A stretch of DNA of 64,000 nt, from assembly GCA_015487785.1 (NCBI GenBank), contig WFPC01000004.1, positions 18,336 through 82,335 on the forward strand, read 5' to 3'. The position numbers were made by a program, and so were the translations under genes. Position 1 is the stretch's first letter. Each line of letters begins with the position of its first letter. Origin of the DNA: Gammaproteobacteria bacterium. GTDB lineage: Bacteria; Pseudomonadota; Gammaproteobacteria; S012-40. Under the pieces are notes generated by a model, which was not told the DNA's origin, did no database searches, and saw only the letters and a list, made by a program, of their open reading frames with translations. Positions 62,641 through 64,000 of the stretch are shown in pieces.

Positions 62641-63789
62641 ATGAGTGTATCGGCCGACAACATGACCGCACCCCTGAATTTCTACAAACCGGACTACTTC
62701 GTCAAGACGCCGGAAATGCGCTCGCCTGAATACGTGCAAATGTCCACGGCGGCAGCTATCAGTCTCGGTCTGATCGAAGGGCAGATGCATCGTACCTCCT
62801 GTACTCACTGTCTCAATCTTCTGGTCACTTATCCAGAAGGTTGCCGAGCCAACTGCAGCTATTGTGGCTTGGCTCGTCATCGTGAAGAGTCGCGTGATTA
62901 TGCCGACCGAAACTTTATTCGGGTCGACTGGCCCACGGCACGCTACGATGATGTCATCGAGCGCGTCAAGGCAGGGGGCGACAAGGGTGCCTTCGAGCGC
63001 ATGTGTATCTCCATGATCACTCATCCAGATTCCGATGCCGATACCCTGGTGCTGTTGCGTAAATGGGTGGAAGCCCTTCCTCATATCCCGGTCTCCATTC
63101 TCTCCAACCCCACCACCATGAGCTATCAAGACCTGGTGACCCTGCGTGATGAAGGTGCGGAAATATTCACCGTTGCCCTAGATGCCGTTACGCCAGAGAT
63201 CTTCGAGCGCACCAGGGGAAAAACCGTCGACAGTCCGCATAGTTGGGACAAATACTGGCAGGCCATTGAATGGGCAGCAGAAATTTTCGGACCTGAGAAA
63301 TTCGGGGCTCATCTCATTTGCGGCATGGGAGAAACCGAGCAGGAAATCCTCACCGTGGCCCAGCGTATTCGTGACATGGGCGGCCACAACCACATGTTCG
63401 CCTTCTTCCCCGAGCAAGGCTCCATGATGCAGGATTGGGCACCGGTTCCCCGTGATCAATGGCGACGTGTACAACTGGCCCGCTTCATCATCGACTACGC
63501 CGGTGGACACTTGCGCGACATGCGCTTCAACAGTGCCGGCCAGGTGGTAGACTTTGGCCTGAATCAGGCCGAGCTGGAAGCGCTTATCGACTCGGGTAAA
63601 CCTTTTCAGACCTCCGGCTGCCCAGGCAAGGACGACGAGATTTCTGCCTGCAATCGGCCCTATGGTGACTCCACGCCATCCGACATACTGTCCTTTCCCT
63701 TCGCCCTCAATGACAAGGACGTGAGCTTCGTTCGACGCCAGATGGCGGGCGAGGATATTGGAACGCTGGACCCCGAGGCCCTGGATTGA
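62641..63789 (+). CDS. lipS2: Radical SAM lipoyl synthase subunit LipS2
   Basis: CRANCSYCGL, FIRVDWP, HLICGMGETE, FQTSGCPG..ACNRPY. Confidence 0.82.
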   Translation: MSVSADNMTAPLNFYKPDYFVKTPEMRSPEYVQMSTAAAISLGLIEGQMHRTSCTHCLNLLVTYPEGCRANCSYCGLARHREESRDYADRNFIRVDWPTARYDDVIERVKAGGDKGAFERMCISMITHPDSDADTLVLLRKWVEALPHIPVSILSNPTTMSYQDLVTLRDEGAEIFTVALDAVTPEIFERTRGKTVDSPHSWDKYWQAIEWAAEIFGPEKFGAHLICGMGETEQEILTVAQRIRDMGGHNHMFAFFPEQGSMMQDWAPVPRDQWRRVQLARFIIDYAGGHLRDMRFNSAGQVVDFGLNQAELEALIDSGKPFQTSGCPGKDDEISACNRPYGDSTPSDILSFPFALNDKDVSFVRRQMAGEDIGTLDPEALD

Positions 63790-63797
63790 ATCTCATC

Positions 63798-64000
63798 ATG
63801 AAACAATCCATCAAACTCACCGATATCGGCTCGCTGAAAAATGAACTTCGAAAATACAAGGCGGGAAAAAAGCTCGATATTGCCCAATTCAACCAAGTTG
63901 CCCGCCTGGCTTGGCTGGGTAAGCTGGTAATCCAGCCGTTGGATCCCGCCGACCCCGAATGCAAGGCCTGGCTGGTCTTTGTTGACCACCCCGACGAGCT
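63798..64000 (+). CDS. Hypothetical protein, truncated by window edge
   Basis: Open frame MKQSIKLTDIGSLKNEL...FNQVARLAWLGKL...DHPDE beginning 8 nt after the lipS2 stop. Confidence 0.7.
   Translation, partial: MKQSIKLTDIGSLKNELRKYKAGKKLDIAQFNQVARLAWLGKLVIQPLDPADPECKAWLVFVDHPDE

Overview
GC-rich chromosomal segment of a motile, chemolithotrophic sulfur-oxidising gammaproteobacterium (inferred from gene content). Left to right it contains: (i) a minus-strand operon of ATM1-type ABC exporter, AMP/thymidine-phosphorylase family, PRPP-synthetase-like, DUF1614 and SDR genes; (ii) fmdB-aspS-nadA; (iii) hypothetical genes and a ROK kinase; (iv) a tandem-duplicated two-gene module (small exported beta-protein plus HExxH lipoprotein with a PPC-like tail) directly upstream of a type II secretion cluster gspC-N, which is split by an MCP and a pentapeptide-repeat gene; (v) pepA-holC-acidic protein-valS; (vi) a beta-propeller gene, an Aer-like receptor, an outer-membrane protein/lipoprotein pair, a Fur-boxed promoter with a candidate sRNA, and lptFG; (vii) soxXYZAB and bepA, and divergently the tusA-dsrE-shdrC1B1AHC2B2-lbpA-lipS1-sLpl-lipT-lipS2 cluster, running off the right edge. 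I saw no tRNA, rRNA, CRISPR array or transposase. Best leads: the sigma28-linked duplicated metalloprotease module beside the T2SS, the Fur-repressed C/U-rich sRNA candidate, and the PopZ-like acidic protein upstream of valS. All calls come from motif reading and recalled family knowledge; no database searches were run. Start codons were adjusted by eye.
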